Assembly (NCBI GenBank): GCA_964566795.1
Contig: CAZMIU010000001.1
Span: 15,388 to 79,387, forward strand
Direction: 5' to 3'
Source of the DNA: an uncultured Candidatus Saccharibacteria bacterium
GTDB taxonomy: Bacteria > Patescibacteriota > Minisyncoccia > Phycocordibacterales > SBAW01
Length of the DNA: 64,000 nucleotides
Shown here: positions 31,012-40,370 of the stretch, in pieces
Layout of the letters: each line of letters starts with the position of its first letter
Numbering within the stretch: the first letter of the stretch is position 1
Program-made: the position numbers and the translations under genes
The notes under the pieces: model-generated
What the model was told of the DNA's origin: nothing
What the model saw: only the letters and a program-made list of their open reading frames with translations
The model's database searches: none

Positions 31012-32301
31012 ATGGCTCAACTACCGAATCGTGTTGAAGACGTACTCCTGAACCGGGTGTACGTCTTAAGCGACCACACTGGCAATTTGCGGTGGCATAT
31101 CGAGGATCCGGCGACTAAACGTCCCGGGAACTTCGTATCAGAGCCCACTGTACAGGCTGCTTACGCGGCTGCAGCGGCTCGCGCTGCTGCAACACCGCAG
31201 CCTGCTCCGCGTCTGACGGTTGTACCTCAGCCTGCACCGGCTCCGGCCCCTGCAGCTGCGGCGCCGCCCGCTCCGCCTCCGCCGCCTGTGGCTCCGCCAC
31301 CGGCTGCGGCAGCACCGACTCCGACTCCGCCTCCGGCTGGTCCGGCAGCGGCTCCTCAACAGGCCAACCCAACCCCATCCGGGGCTGGACAGGCCCCACA
31401 GGAGAACAAAATGCGTGCAGCAGGATTTATTCTCGCCGGCGTCATCGTGTTGCTGGTCGGTTTCTGGGCGCTTACGCGCTTTGCAACCGATTCAGACAAG
31501 GCGGTTACCGGTGTCGGCGAGCGGCGCATTGCCGAAATCGCCGGCGCCACCTTCGACCAGCGGATCAAACCGCTGACGGCCGACGTCGAGCGTCTCCAGA
31601 AGAAGACCGAAAATCTGGAGAACGCGCTCGCCAACCTTGACACCAAGGTCGGGCGGGTGGAAGACAAGGTGATGGCCGGCATTAAGGATGTGCTGGAGCG
31701 TCTGAACAAGACTCCCAACACTGCGCCGGCTCCGACCACCCCGTCTGCTCCGGCGATGTCTGCTCTCGAGCAACAGCGTCTGGCGACGGTCAGGGCAGAG
31801 TGCCTGCCTGAGGATCAGCAGAATCTGAACCTCAGCGACTCTCTGGGTGATGAGCAATTCAAGGCTCTCATCGCCCACTGCAAGGCCAACAAGCTGGCCA
31901 AGCAGCGAGTCGTCAGCCCTCCTCCGGCCGTAAACGGCCCGCAGGTCGCCCAAGGCGACCCGCAGGCTGAGTTGGACGAGGAGGAGGACCCGGCGCAAGC
32001 CGGCGAGCCCCAAGTCCAACAGGCTGGCTACGGCTACGGTCGCCCGGGCTTTGGCCCAGGCTTCGGTGCTCCTCATCACGGCGCACGCCGTGGCGGTCCG
32101 CGTTGCCCCCCTGGGAGCAGGTTTGAGCCGCAATTCGGCAAGTGCATTGGGACCAGGCTGCACCATGTGCCGCTGCATCCTGAGGCACGCGCCGCCTTCC
32201 CGACGTGTCAAAACATCGAGACACGGGAAGTGTGGAAGAACGGGAGGCTCACCCAGCAGCAACGCGGCATTGGATGCCGCCGTCCTCCCGGGGCGTACTA
32301 A
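31012..32301 (+). CDS. Orphan bitopic membrane protein (Pro/Ala-rich, coiled coil, Gly/Cys-rich C terminus)
   Basis: Long ORF with AAGGAGG SD and promoter; central TM helix. Confidence 0.75.
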   Translation: MAQLPNRVEDVLLNRVYVLSDHTGNLRWHIEDPATKRPGNFVSEPTVQAAYAAAAARAAATPQPAPRLTVVPQPAPAPAPAAAAPPAPPPPPVAPPPAAAAPTPTPPPAGPAAAPQQANPTPSGAGQAPQENKMRAAGFILAGVIVLLVGFWALTRFATDSDKAVTGVGERRIAEIAGATFDQRIKPLTADVERLQKKTENLENALANLDTKVGRVEDKVMAGIKDVLERLNKTPNTAPAPTTPSAPAMSALEQQRLATVRAECLPEDQQNLNLSDSLGDEQFKALIAHCKANKLAKQRVVSPPPAVNGPQVAQGDPQAELDEEEDPAQAGEPQVQQAGYGYGRPGFGPGFGAPHHGARRGGPRCPPGSRFEPQFGKCIGTRLHHVPLHPEARAAFPTCQNIETREVWKNGRLTQQQRGIGCRRPPGAY

Positions 32302-32396
32302 CTACCTTGGGCGCTTTGCGCCCAAGGCGGGGCTACTACTTCAGTAGCCCCTCATTCTCTGAGCTTAACCTTATGGTTGAGCCCGGAGCGTGAGTA

Positions 32397-32425
32397 TTGA
32401 CACTATTATTAGGATCTGGTAAGGT
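32397..32425 (+). promoter_or_regulatory. Sigma70-type promoter candidate
   Basis: TTGACA-17 nt-TAAGGT upstream of 32455. Confidence 0.55.
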
Positions 32426-32454
32426 TCGAGCGTTTATAAGGAGCAAATAATTAT

Positions 32455-33486
32455 ATGAATATCATTACTAAAAACGTCCTCGGTTCGGCTATTGCCCTCG
32501 CGGCTTTTGCCTTGCCGGTAGCCCCTGCACTTGCAGCCGATTTTGACCTGGGCGGCTACGACACCGGCTGGTTTGATACCGGCTACTACGACAGCTACGC
32601 TCCGTCGTATGACACCTCGTACGACACCGGTTGGTACGACACCGGGTACTACGATACCTACTCTCCGACCTATGACACCGGTTGGTACGACACCGGCTAC
32701 TACGATACCTACTCTCCGACCTACGACACCTACGGTGGCTACTCCACCCCGTCGTTCAGCTATCCGACCTTTGGCGGCACCACCCCGATCTACACCTCTG
32801 CGGCAAACCAGCAGTACCGCCAGTATGTTGCCCCGCAGCTCCCGACCTTTGTCCAGCCCAACGTATCTAATGCCTGCACCGCAGTTAACTCCTGCAACAC
32901 AGACAACAGCTACACCGACAACAGCGTCTACGCTCCTGACAACAGCTACACCTACACCAACACGGTAACCGACAACAGCGTATACAGCGCACCGGTTACG
33001 GTCACTGCTCCGACCACCATCTCCTACGGCCCGGTTACTACCACCCACGACAGCCATAACCAGCAGATCAGCTACCCGGCTCCGCAGTACCAGGCACCTG
33101 TGTTCCCGCAGTATCAGCACCAGTATCAGTATCAGGGCCAGTACCAGCAGCCGCCGGTATACTACCCGCAGCCGCAGCGCCCGGTGACCTACAACCAGAC
33201 CCCGTACGTAACGCTCTCGAGCCTCCCGTACACCGGTCTTGATCTCGGGCCCGTAGGCGAGGTTATCTATTGGACCTTCCTCGTGCTCTGGTGCCTTGCA
33301 GCCGCGTACCTCATCGCAGTTAAGCGCGTGCAGAACAAGGTTGTCTCCGCTCTTAACAGCTTCCTCTTTGGTTCTAAGGCAGTAGTTGCCACCTCGGCTC
33401 CGGCGCCCCGCGCAATGGCCGCAGCATCTGCTCCCTTGGTTGAGGAGGGCATCGACCCCTTCATCGCAAGCCAGATCAAGCGCTAA
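32455..33486 (+). CDS. Tyr/Asp/Thr-rich repeat surface protein with LPYTG sorting signal
   Basis: Signal peptide; YDTG repeats; LPYTG followed by TM and KR. Confidence 0.82.
   Translation: MNIITKNVLGSAIALAAFALPVAPALAADFDLGGYDTGWFDTGYYDSYAPSYDTSYDTGWYDTGYYDTYSPTYDTGWYDTGYYDTYSPTYDTYGGYSTPSFSYPTFGGTTPIYTSAANQQYRQYVAPQLPTFVQPNVSNACTAVNSCNTDNSYTDNSVYAPDNSYTYTNTVTDNSVYSAPVTVTAPTTISYGPVTTTHDSHNQQISYPAPQYQAPVFPQYQHQYQYQGQYQQPPVYYPQPQRPVTYNQTPYVTLSSLPYTGLDLGPVGEVIYWTFLVLWCLAAAYLIAVKRVQNKVVSALNSFLFGSKAVVATSAPAPRAMAAASAPLVEEGIDPFIASQIKR
32557..32730 (+). repeat. Coding tandem repeat (51-bp unit, YDTGWYDTGYYDTYSPT)
   Basis: Near-identical units at 32620-32670 and 32671-32721, a diverged unit from 32557 and a partial one at 32722. 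Confidence 0.85.
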
Positions 33487-33523
33487 GCCCCTAGTCCTAG
33501 GGCGTGAGTGTCCCGCAACTATT

Positions 33524-33559
33524 TAAGAAACCCCATCACGAAAGTGATGGGGTTTCTTA
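33524..33559. terminator. Hairpin/terminator
   Basis: TAAGAAACCCCATCAC-GAAA-GTGATGGGGTTTCTTA, a perfect 16-bp stem. Confidence 0.7.
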
Positions 33560-33597
33560 TTGCTAACTTCATGAGTTTTTTGTACTATGGCCCAGTT

Positions 33598-33999
33598 ATG
33601 AAATACGCCATATCAACGCTCGCTCTCGCAGCTTTTTTGGTCCCTTCGTCGGCCCTTGCCATCTGCAACGGCGTAGGCAACGCGTGCTCGTACGCCTACG
33701 ACTACACGGCCTCCTACAGTCAGCCGTCTAACCGCTACTACTCGCCTCAGCAGCAGTATGCCTACCACCAGCCTCAGCAGTATAGCTATGGCTACCAGCA
33801 GCCCTACCCCTATTACGGCGGCGGATACGGCTATGGCGGTTACGGCTACTCAGGCTACAGCCAACCGCAGCCTATCTACTTCCCGGTATACAACACCTAC
33901 ATCCCGAACCTGACGCCAAACTACGGCGGCTACGGATACGGTCAGCAGTACGGCGGCTACGGCTACGGCTACGGCTGCGGAACCTACACTTGCTACTAA
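33598..33999 (+). CDS. Secreted Tyr/Gly/Gln-rich low-complexity protein
   Basis: MKYAISTLALAAFLVPSSALA signal; YGGYGYG repeats; Cys pairs at both ends. Confidence 0.75.
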   Translation: MKYAISTLALAAFLVPSSALAICNGVGNACSYAYDYTASYSQPSNRYYSPQQQYAYHQPQQYSYGYQQPYPYYGGGYGYGGYGYSGYSQPQPIYFPVYNTYIPNLTPNYGGYGYGQQYGGYGYGYGCGTYTCY

Positions 34000-34007
34000 A
34001 TAAAACA

Positions 34008-34042
34008 ATCAAAAACCCCGGCCAAGTGCCGGGGTTTTTGAT
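34008..34042. terminator. Bidirectional terminator
   Basis: ATCAAAAACCCCGGC/GCCGGGGTTTTTGAT. Confidence 0.75.
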
Positions 34043-34046
34043 AGCG

Positions 34047-34120
34047 TAAAAGAAAAGTTCCTACAAAAGGGAGTTGGGGTCGTGTTCATCTCTCCCTTTT
34101 TAGGAAGCTTTTCTTTTTAC
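34047..34120. repeat. Long imperfect hairpin at the thrS 3' end
   Basis: AAAAGAAAAG-TTCCTA-CAAAAGGGAG ... CTCCCTTTT-TAGGAA-GCTTTTCTTTT. Confidence 0.6.
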
Positions 34121-35325
34121 GCCCGGGCCTTAATTTCGTCTGAGAGTTTTTTGACAATGTCTTGAATCGGCATGGCACCCAGTTTGCCCTCACGGCCCTC
34201 CAAAGTGACGGTGCCTGCTGCGACCTCGGCGTCGCCAATTACCAAGAGGTATGGCACTTTGCGGGTCTTGGCCTCGCGGATCTTTTTGCCCAGAGACTCG
34301 GCAGAGTAGTCGGCCTCGGCGCGGATACCCGCCTCGCGGAGCCTCTCGAGCGTGTCCTGTGCAAACGCGGCGTGCGCCTCACCAATTGGGATTACGACTG
34401 CCTGTACGGGGCTCAGCCACGTGGGGAAGGTGCCTCCAAAGTGCTCAATGAGTATGGCGGCGCAGCGCTCGATGGAGCCTGCGATTGCGGCGTGGATCAT
34501 AACAATGCGCTCCTTCTCGCCGGCCTCATTAACGCAGGTAAGGTCAAAGCGCTCGGGGATGTTCATGTCGAGCTGGATGGTGGCTACCTGCCACTCGCGG
34601 CCCGCGGCATTCTGGGCCATAAAGTCGAGCTTGGGGCCATAGAGTGCAGCCTCGCCCGGGCCCTCAAAGGTGTCTGCGCCGCGCTCAGTCGCAAGCGACC
34701 TGAGCTCGCTCTCTGCCTGGTCCCAGACCTCCGGTGTGCCAATGTACTTCTCAGGGGTAGCCGGATCGCGGAAGGAGAGGCGCACGCGCAAGGTAAAGCC
34801 AAAGGTCTTGTAGAAGGTGTCTACAATGTCCCAGATCTTGAGGAACTCCTCGCGCACTTGGGCTGAGCGGCAAAAGACGTGTGCGTCGTCCTGGGTTATG
34901 GACAAGACGCGGGTGAGCCCGCCGAGCTCCCCGGACTGCTCGTCGCGGTAGACCATGGTGGTCTCGGCGTAGCGCTGCGGCATCTCGCGGTAGGAGTGGG
35001 GCTTGCGGTCAAAAATCTGCGTGTGGTGCGGGCAGTTCATCGGCTTCATCGCGTACTGCCGGCCCTCGCGCGCCGTGATCTTAAAGAGGTCCTCGGCAAA
35101 CTTGTCCCAATGCCCGCTGCGCTCGTACAGCTCGCGCTTGGTGATGTGGGGGATGGTGACGCGCTCGTAGCCGCGTGCCTCGCGCATCTCCCAGATAAAT
35201 TTATCTATCTCGTTGCGGAAGACAGTGCCCTTTGGGGTCCACAAGGGGAGCCCGGGGCCCACAAGGTCGCTAAAGGTAAAAAGGTCGAGTTCTTTGCCGA
35301 TGATCCTATGATCTCTCTCTTCCAT
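34117..35325 (-). CDS. thrS: Threonine-tRNA ligase (no N-terminal editing domains)
   Basis: Starts at RDHR; KPMNCPHH, YGPKLD, TIQLD, IHAAIAGSIER. Confidence 0.96.
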   Translation of the reverse strand: MEERDHRIIGKELDLFTFSDLVGPGLPLWTPKGTVFRNEIDKFIWEMREARGYERVTIPHITKRELYERSGHWDKFAEDLFKITAREGRQYAMKPMNCPHHTQIFDRKPHSYREMPQRYAETTMVYRDEQSGELGGLTRVLSITQDDAHVFCRSAQVREEFLKIWDIVDTFYKTFGFTLRVRLSFRDPATPEKYIGTPEVWDQAESELRSLATERGADTFEGPGEAALYGPKLDFMAQNAAGREWQVATIQLDMNIPERFDLTCVNEAGEKERIVMIHAAIAGSIERCAAILIEHFGGTFPTWLSPVQAVVIPIGEAHAAFAQDTLERLREAGIRAEADYSAESLGKKIREAKTRKVPYLLVIGDAEVAAGTVTLEGREGKLGAMPIQDIVKKLSDEIKARA

Positions 35326-35399
35326 AATGTACCTATACTACATCGCTTTTGTGTTTTGAAAAGAGAATGCGCCGGCCCTAAAGTAGGGTCGGCGCCAGG

Positions 35400-35594
35400 T
35401 CATGCTGCTGTAGCTGCTGCTTTGTCGAGACCAAGCTCGATGCGCCACTGTGCAAGTGCCGCGGCCTGTTGTGGTGTGCGGACGTATCCGCGCAGTACCG
35501 GCAAACACGCAGGGCAGGCTTCTTTTGCATACGCACCGTCTGAGCGGTATGTGTTGCCACAGCTGCAAACACTAAACTCCTTCTGTTCGGCCAT
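35400..35594 (-). CDS. Small orphan Zn-ribbon-like protein
   Basis: CSC...CPAC; GGGGGAG SD; TATAAC upstream; downstream hairpin 35369-35396. Start may be 35600. Confidence 0.55.
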   Translation of the reverse strand: MAEQKEFSVCSCGNTYRSDGAYAKEACPACLPVLRGYVRTPQQAAALAQWRIELGLDKAAATAA

Positions 35595-35681
35595 AGGCAT
35601 CTCCCCCGGTTCTTTATCTGACAACTGTTATATCACATAAAAAGAAACCGCCGAGCCCTTGGTGGGGGCTCGGCGTGTGTT

Positions 35682-35864
35682 TCAGGAACAGCGTATGGAT
35701 CTGATCCTGGGGTAGCAGGTCGGACACCTAGGTGTCCTGAAGCTTGATCTGCAGTGGCACGTGGTCCACTCGCGTGACAGCAGTTCGCCGTCTGCGGTGT
35801 GTGTCGGCAAGACGATCGGCTTGCCGCGTGCGCTTTGTTCAATTTGCTCTTGTGTACGGAACAT
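35682..35864 (-). CDS. Small orphan Zn-ribbon-like protein
   Basis: CHC...CPTC; AGGGGGA SD; TTGACT-17-TACTAT promoter at 35920-35892; hairpin 35650-35674 followed by Ts. Confidence 0.55.
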   Translation of the reverse strand: MFRTQEQIEQSARGKPIVLPTHTADGELLSREWTTCHCRSSFRTPRCPTCYPRIRSIRCS

Positions 35865-35933
35865 TTAGGTCCCCCTGTGATGACTGAGTAAATAGTACCC
35901 CCAAACTGGCCAAAAGTCAAGTTTTACCACCCC

Positions 35934-36085
35934 CAAGGCCCGACCTTGCCGCAAGGTCGAACCTTGCGGAGAATTTAGAGCGCTTTGAGGGTCTCGTGGG
36001 GGCTGGGGATTGTCGCAAGGTCGAACCTTGCGGTTAATGTCTCGTGGGGACTGGGGACTACCGCAAGGTCGAACCTTGCGGTTAA
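35934..36085. repeat. Cluster of REP-like palindromes (CAAGGTCGAACCTTG), BIME-like
   Basis: Three GCAAGGTCGAACCTTGC copies plus one variant; the last two lie in near-identical direct repeats 48 bp apart (35991, 36039). Confidence 0.85.
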
Positions 36086-39066
36086 AGGGGTTTGATGGCC
36101 TCGGTCACTATAGAGAACTCGCCGTTGCGGTTGGAGACCCGGCCTTTGATGGCTACCACGGCCTCGGGTCTCAGTATCGCCTTGTACTCCACATACGACT
36201 TGGGAAATACGACAGCTTCTACCGCGCCCGAAAAGTCGGCGAGTTTGATAAACGCCATCTGGTCGCCGTTTTTAGTCAGGAGCACACGCAGGTCCTCGAC
36301 CATGCCGGCAATGACGGTAGTAGTGCCCGGGTAGGAGCGCTCCTTTATCTGGGCCAGGTTAAGCGGGCGCTTGCTGAGTTTGTCTTTAAACCTATCAAGC
36401 GGATGCCCGGAGATATAGAGGCCCAAGAGTTCCTTTTCCCAGGCCAACTTCTGCTCCACCGGAGCGTCGGGCTCTTTTTGGAGCCTCAGCTCGCTTGCCT
36501 CGCTCATCCCGGCAAAGAGAGAGTCGTGCATATGGTCGAGCATCGCGTCTTTGTGGAACTGGAGCATCACCTCGATATGGGTGAGCATAGTGCCGCGCTC
36601 GCCCAATGAGTCGAGTGCGCCGCACATGATAAGGCTCTCGAGGCCTTTTTTGTTGAGCCCCTGGTCTTTGACCCGGCTTAAAAAGTTGGACACAGAGGTG
36701 TAGGGGCCATGTGCCTTGCGCTCCGCGATGATAGAGTCGGCCACCCCGCGGCCAAAGTTTTTTATAGAATAGAGCCCAAAGCGTATGGAGTTTTGCTCCT
36801 TAAGCACGGTAAAGTCGCCAAAACTCTCATTGATATCCGGCGCTAAGACAGGCAGGCCCATGCGCTTGCACTCCGCGACCATAACGGAGACCTTGTCGAC
36901 GTCGCCGGCGTCTGCCGTTAAGACGGCGGTCATGTACTCCACCGGGTAGTTGGCCTTCATGTAGGCGGTCTGATATGAGACGCGGCCGTAGCTCGCGGAG
37001 TGCGCCTTGTTAAAGCCGTACGCGGCAAACGGCTCTATCCACGCCCACACCTGCTCGGCCTTTTTCTGTGGCCATTTGGAGTGCTCGACACAGCCCTTGA
37101 TAAACTTGTCGCGCTGGGCGGCCATCTCCTCGGGGATTTTTTTGCCCACGGCCTTTCTAAACTTGTCCACGTCGCCCCAGCCGTAGCCCGCCAGGTCATG
37201 CGCCATGATGAGGAGGTCGTCCTGGTACACCAAAATGCCGTAGCTTGCTTCTAGTATCGGTTTCATCGCGGGGTCCAGGTAGCGGATGAGTGCCGGGTTG
37301 TGCTTGCGCTCGATATACTGCGGGATAAACTGCATCGGGCCCGGGCGGTACAGCGCCACCATGGCGTTGATGTCGTGGATGGAGGTAGGGCGGAGCTCTT
37401 TGAGGAAGCGTGTCATGCCAGAGCCGTTTAACTGGAAGGTGGCCTCGGTCTCTCCGCGCGTGAGCATGTCAAAGGTTAGCTTGTCGTCAAGCGGTATGGC
37501 CTCGATGTCGAGCACAATACCGCTTGTTTTCTCTACAAGCTTTACGGCGTTGGCCAAGATGGTGAGGTTGCGTATGCCGAGAAAGTCGAACTTGGTGAGC
37601 CCCGCGCCGTCCTCGCCCACGGAGTACATGTCGTACTGGGTGATAATCTTGCCGCCCTTGGGGTCCACTTGCAGTGGCGTAAACTCTACAAGCGGGGTGG
37701 GCGATATAACCACACCCGCGGCGTGCACGCCCACGTGCCGGGCACACCCCTCGATCTTTTTGCCCATGTCGATAATGTCGCGCACCTGTGCGTCGGCCTT
37801 GTACATTTTTGCAAGTTCCGGGTTTTCCTCCAGCGCGCGCTCAAGCGTCATGGGGAAGCCCTGCGAGCCCATGGGTATCTCCTTGGCAATCGCGTCGCCC
37901 AGGCCATAGGGGTAGCCCAGGGCGCGCGCCACATCGCGTACCACGCCGCGCGCCAGCATGGTGCCAAAGGTGCCAATCTGCGCCACGTGGGCTTCGCCAT
38001 ACTTTTTACGGGCGTACTCGATAACCTCGTCGCGCCTGTCGTCGGCAAAGTCCATGTCGATATCCGGCGCCGAGGGGCGCTCCGGGTTTAAAAAGCGCTC
38101 AAACGGGATCTTGTAGGAAAGTGGCTCGATCTTGGTGATCTGCAGCACGTACGTGACCATCGAGCCCGCAACCGAACCGCGGATGTTTGTATAAATGGTA
38201 TGCTCGCGCGCATACCGGATAAGGTCCTCCACCACCAAAAAGTACGCGGCGTAGCCTTTAAACTTGATAATCCCGAGCTCGTACTCGAGGCGCTCCATGA
38301 CGTCATCCCGGCCCTCAAGGCCGCGCACCGCAACGCCCTTAAGGCACAGCTCGCGCAGCCGGTCGTCTGGTGTCACGCCCTCGGGGAGCTCAAAGTGCGG
38401 GAACACGAACTTGCCCAGTGTGAGCTCGAGGTTGCACTTGTCTGCAATCTCTTGTGATGTGGCGAGTGCGTCCTCGCCAAACTCCCCAAGCATCTGCGTT
38501 GCGTCCCAAAACGAGTAGTCTATCTCCTCGCCATCCATGCTGGTATCGTTCTCGACCGGCCCGCGGTTTTCAATCGCGCGCATGGTCTCCCACGCGCGGC
38601 GGTCTTCGGGCGAGAGGTAGTACACCTCGTGCGTGGGCAGCATATAGTAGTCGCTGCCCCAGCGCTTTTTGTGTGCAGCACTGAGGTTGGAGTCTGTGCG
38701 CTCAATCGCGATCAACCCCTCTTTGTGCTTGTCGAGCATCGGCGCTGATATCGGCACGCCCTGGGGGTCGGCGATATGCGAGTCTGACACGAGCTTCATT
38801 AGGTTTTTGTAGCCCACCAGGTCCTTGGCAAGCAGCAGCAGCCGGTGGTTGTCCTCAAGCGTGGCGTCGAGCCCGATGATGGGCTTGATCTCCTTTTTTC
38901 GGCACTCCATGTAAAACTCTATGGCGCCGTAGAGGTTGTCGAGGTCTGTGAGAGCCAGCGCTGTGTGGCCCTCTGCCTTGGCCTTTTTGAGCAGGTCGGG
39001 GATTTTGGGCAGAGCCCTTAGGAGGGAGTAGTGCGAGTGGACATGCAGTGGTACAAAGCTCGCCAT
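36082..39066 (-). CDS. dnaE: DNA polymerase III alpha subunit
   Basis: LHVHSHYSLL, RGSVAGS, FERFLNPER, PDIDMDF, HAAGVVI, KFDFLG, YGFNKAH. Confidence 0.97.
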   Translation of the reverse strand: MASFVPLHVHSHYSLLRALPKIPDLLKKAKAEGHTALALTDLDNLYGAIEFYMECRKKEIKPIIGLDATLEDNHRLLLLAKDLVGYKNLMKLVSDSHIADPQGVPISAPMLDKHKEGLIAIERTDSNLSAAHKKRWGSDYYMLPTHEVYYLSPEDRRAWETMRAIENRGPVENDTSMDGEEIDYSFWDATQMLGEFGEDALATSQEIADKCNLELTLGKFVFPHFELPEGVTPDDRLRELCLKGVAVRGLEGRDDVMERLEYELGIIKFKGYAAYFLVVEDLIRYAREHTIYTNIRGSVAGSMVTYVLQITKIEPLSYKIPFERFLNPERPSAPDIDMDFADDRRDEVIEYARKKYGEAHVAQIGTFGTMLARGVVRDVARALGYPYGLGDAIAKEIPMGSQGFPMTLERALEENPELAKMYKADAQVRDIIDMGKKIEGCARHVGVHAAGVVISPTPLVEFTPLQVDPKGGKIITQYDMYSVGEDGAGLTKFDFLGIRNLTILANAVKLVEKTSGIVLDIEAIPLDDKLTFDMLTRGETEATFQLNGSGMTRFLKELRPTSIHDINAMVALYRPGPMQFIPQYIERKHNPALIRYLDPAMKPILEASYGILVYQDDLLIMAHDLAGYGWGDVDKFRKAVGKKIPEEMAAQRDKFIKGCVEHSKWPQKKAEQVWAWIEPFAAYGFNKAHSASYGRVSYQTAYMKANYPVEYMTAVLTADAGDVDKVSVMVAECKRMGLPVLAPDINESFGDFTVLKEQNSIRFGLYSIKNFGRGVADSIIAERKAHGPYTSVSNFLSRVKDQGLNKKGLESLIMCGALDSLGERGTMLTHIEVMLQFHKDAMLDHMHDSLFAGMSEASELRLQKEPDAPVEQKLAWEKELLGLYISGHPLDRFKDKLSKRPLNLAQIKERSYPGTTTVIAGMVEDLRVLLTKNGDQMAFIKLADFSGAVEAVVFPKSYVEYKAILRPEAVVAIKGRVSNRNGEFSIVTEAIKPL

Positions 39067-39089
39067 ATACTCCGAGTATACTAGCGGGG
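39067..39089. promoter_or_regulatory. Candidate bidirectional leaderless promoter (dnaE / rnhB)
   Basis: 23-bp gap with AGTATACT; TATACT 7 and 8 nt before the two ATGs. Confidence 0.65.
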
Positions 39090-39701
39090 ATGAAGACCTG
39101 GCTAGTTGGGGTTGATGAGGCGGGCAGGGGGCCTTTGGCTGGCCCGGTGGCGGTCGGGGTGGTTGCCGTACCCACGAGGCTAAACCTCGTGGAGATATTC
39201 CCGGGGCTCAACGATTCAAAAAAACTGAGTGAGGCCAAGCGCGAGGAGATATATAAGGAGGCCCAGAGGTTGGCCAGGCTTGGAGTGCTGAGATATATCG
39301 TAGGGCTTTCGTCGGCTGGCTACATAGACACGCATGGCATAACCCTGGCGGTGAGGCGCAAGGTATGGAGCGGGGTTAGGAGCGTGGCCACTCCGGAGGA
39401 TAGTTTTGTAAAACTCGACGGGCTCTTGGTTGCGCCGCCGGAGTACCGGCAAAAGACCATTATTAAAGGAGACGCGCTCGAGCCGGTGATATCGCTCGCG
39501 TCTGTTATGGCCAAGGTGAGGCGCGACCGGCTCATGAAGCGGCTGGCAAAAGAGTATCCGGCCTGGGGCTTTGAGGTGCACAAGGGCTATGGCACACAGA
39601 GGCATCGCGATGCAATAGGGGAGCATGGGTTGTGCGAGCTCCACCGGAGGAGTTTTTGCAGCGTGTACAACTCATTTGACGATGTGGCAAGGCAGGAGTA
39701 G
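39090..39701 (+). CDS. rnhB: Ribonuclease HII
   Basis: GVDEAGRGPLAGPV, DSKKL, ASVMAKVRRD, HKGYGT, HRRSF. Confidence 0.96.
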   Translation: MKTWLVGVDEAGRGPLAGPVAVGVVAVPTRLNLVEIFPGLNDSKKLSEAKREEIYKEAQRLARLGVLRYIVGLSSAGYIDTHGITLAVRRKVWSGVRSVATPEDSFVKLDGLLVAPPEYRQKTIIKGDALEPVISLASVMAKVRRDRLMKRLAKEYPAWGFEVHKGYGTQRHRDAIGEHGLCELHRRSFCSVYNSFDDVARQE

Positions 39702-39777
39702 GGTTAACCCCGGTAGTACGTGCGTACCGTGCCGGGGGTTATCCGGCGTCTAGCCTGGGAAGTACAAGGGGCTCCTA

Positions 39778-39987
39778 ATGAAGAAACTCCAGGAGAAGGA
39801 AACTCTCTGTGTGAGGAAACGTTGTCCGTACAGGGGCGAGATACAAAACAGCGGCAACGGCATGATTGTATGCTGTGCACTCGCTCTTACTGCGGAACTT
39901 AAGGCGGCAGGAATGCCACCACCCATGATCCACGCGCCATTCGGCGACCGCTGCAGGCACAACCCAAGCCTGGCAGAGGCTGCGTAG
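39778..39987 (+). CDS. Small Cys-rich orphan protein
   Basis: AAGGGGG SD; five Cys; followed by GC hairpins. Confidence 0.45.
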   Translation: MKKLQEKETLCVRKRCPYRGEIQNSGNGMIVCCALALTAELKAAGMPPPMIHAPFGDRCRHNPSLAEAA

Positions 39988-40072
39988 GGGGTTTACCCCC
40001 GCCCATAGCCCCCTGTTGTGCCATACACAGCAGGGGGTTGTTATTTTGAGCCCCATTTGGTACTTTAAGGGC

Positions 40073-40300
40073 ATGGTAGTACGAATGCGCCATACGCGTG
40101 CACACACGGCTAACCGCCGTTCGCACCACGCCCTTAAGGCCCAAAAGCTCGCTGTATGCGAGTGTGGGGCCCCCCGCGTGTCTCATCGCGCATGCCCGTC
40201 GTGCGGGCGCTACCGCGGCCGTGTGGTTGTCGATGTTGCTGCCAAGGCGGCCGCAAAGTCTGCCCGCAAGGCTAAGAGGGATAAGAGCGAGGTGCGTTAA
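40073..40300 (+). CDS. rpmF: 50S ribosomal protein L32
   Basis: RRSHHAL, CECG...[12 protein letters not shown]. Confidence 0.93.
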   Translation: MVVRMRHTRAHTANRRSHHALKAQKLAVCECGAPRVSHRACPSCGRYRGRVVVDVAAKAAAKSARKAKRDKSEVR

Positions 40301-40370
40301 GCGTACGTCTGGGCGGTTCGCTCTTGATTCTCTAAAGAAGGTTCTGGTCCCGCAGTAGCTCTACTACATA

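Noticed and set aside
32557-32730. Non-coding repeat array
   Set aside because: The unit is 51 bp, in frame, and varies at synonymous positions, so it is a protein repeat.
35934-36085. Mini CRISPR array
   Set aside because: The intervening sequences are near-identical or absent rather than unique spacers; this fits REP/BIME repeats.
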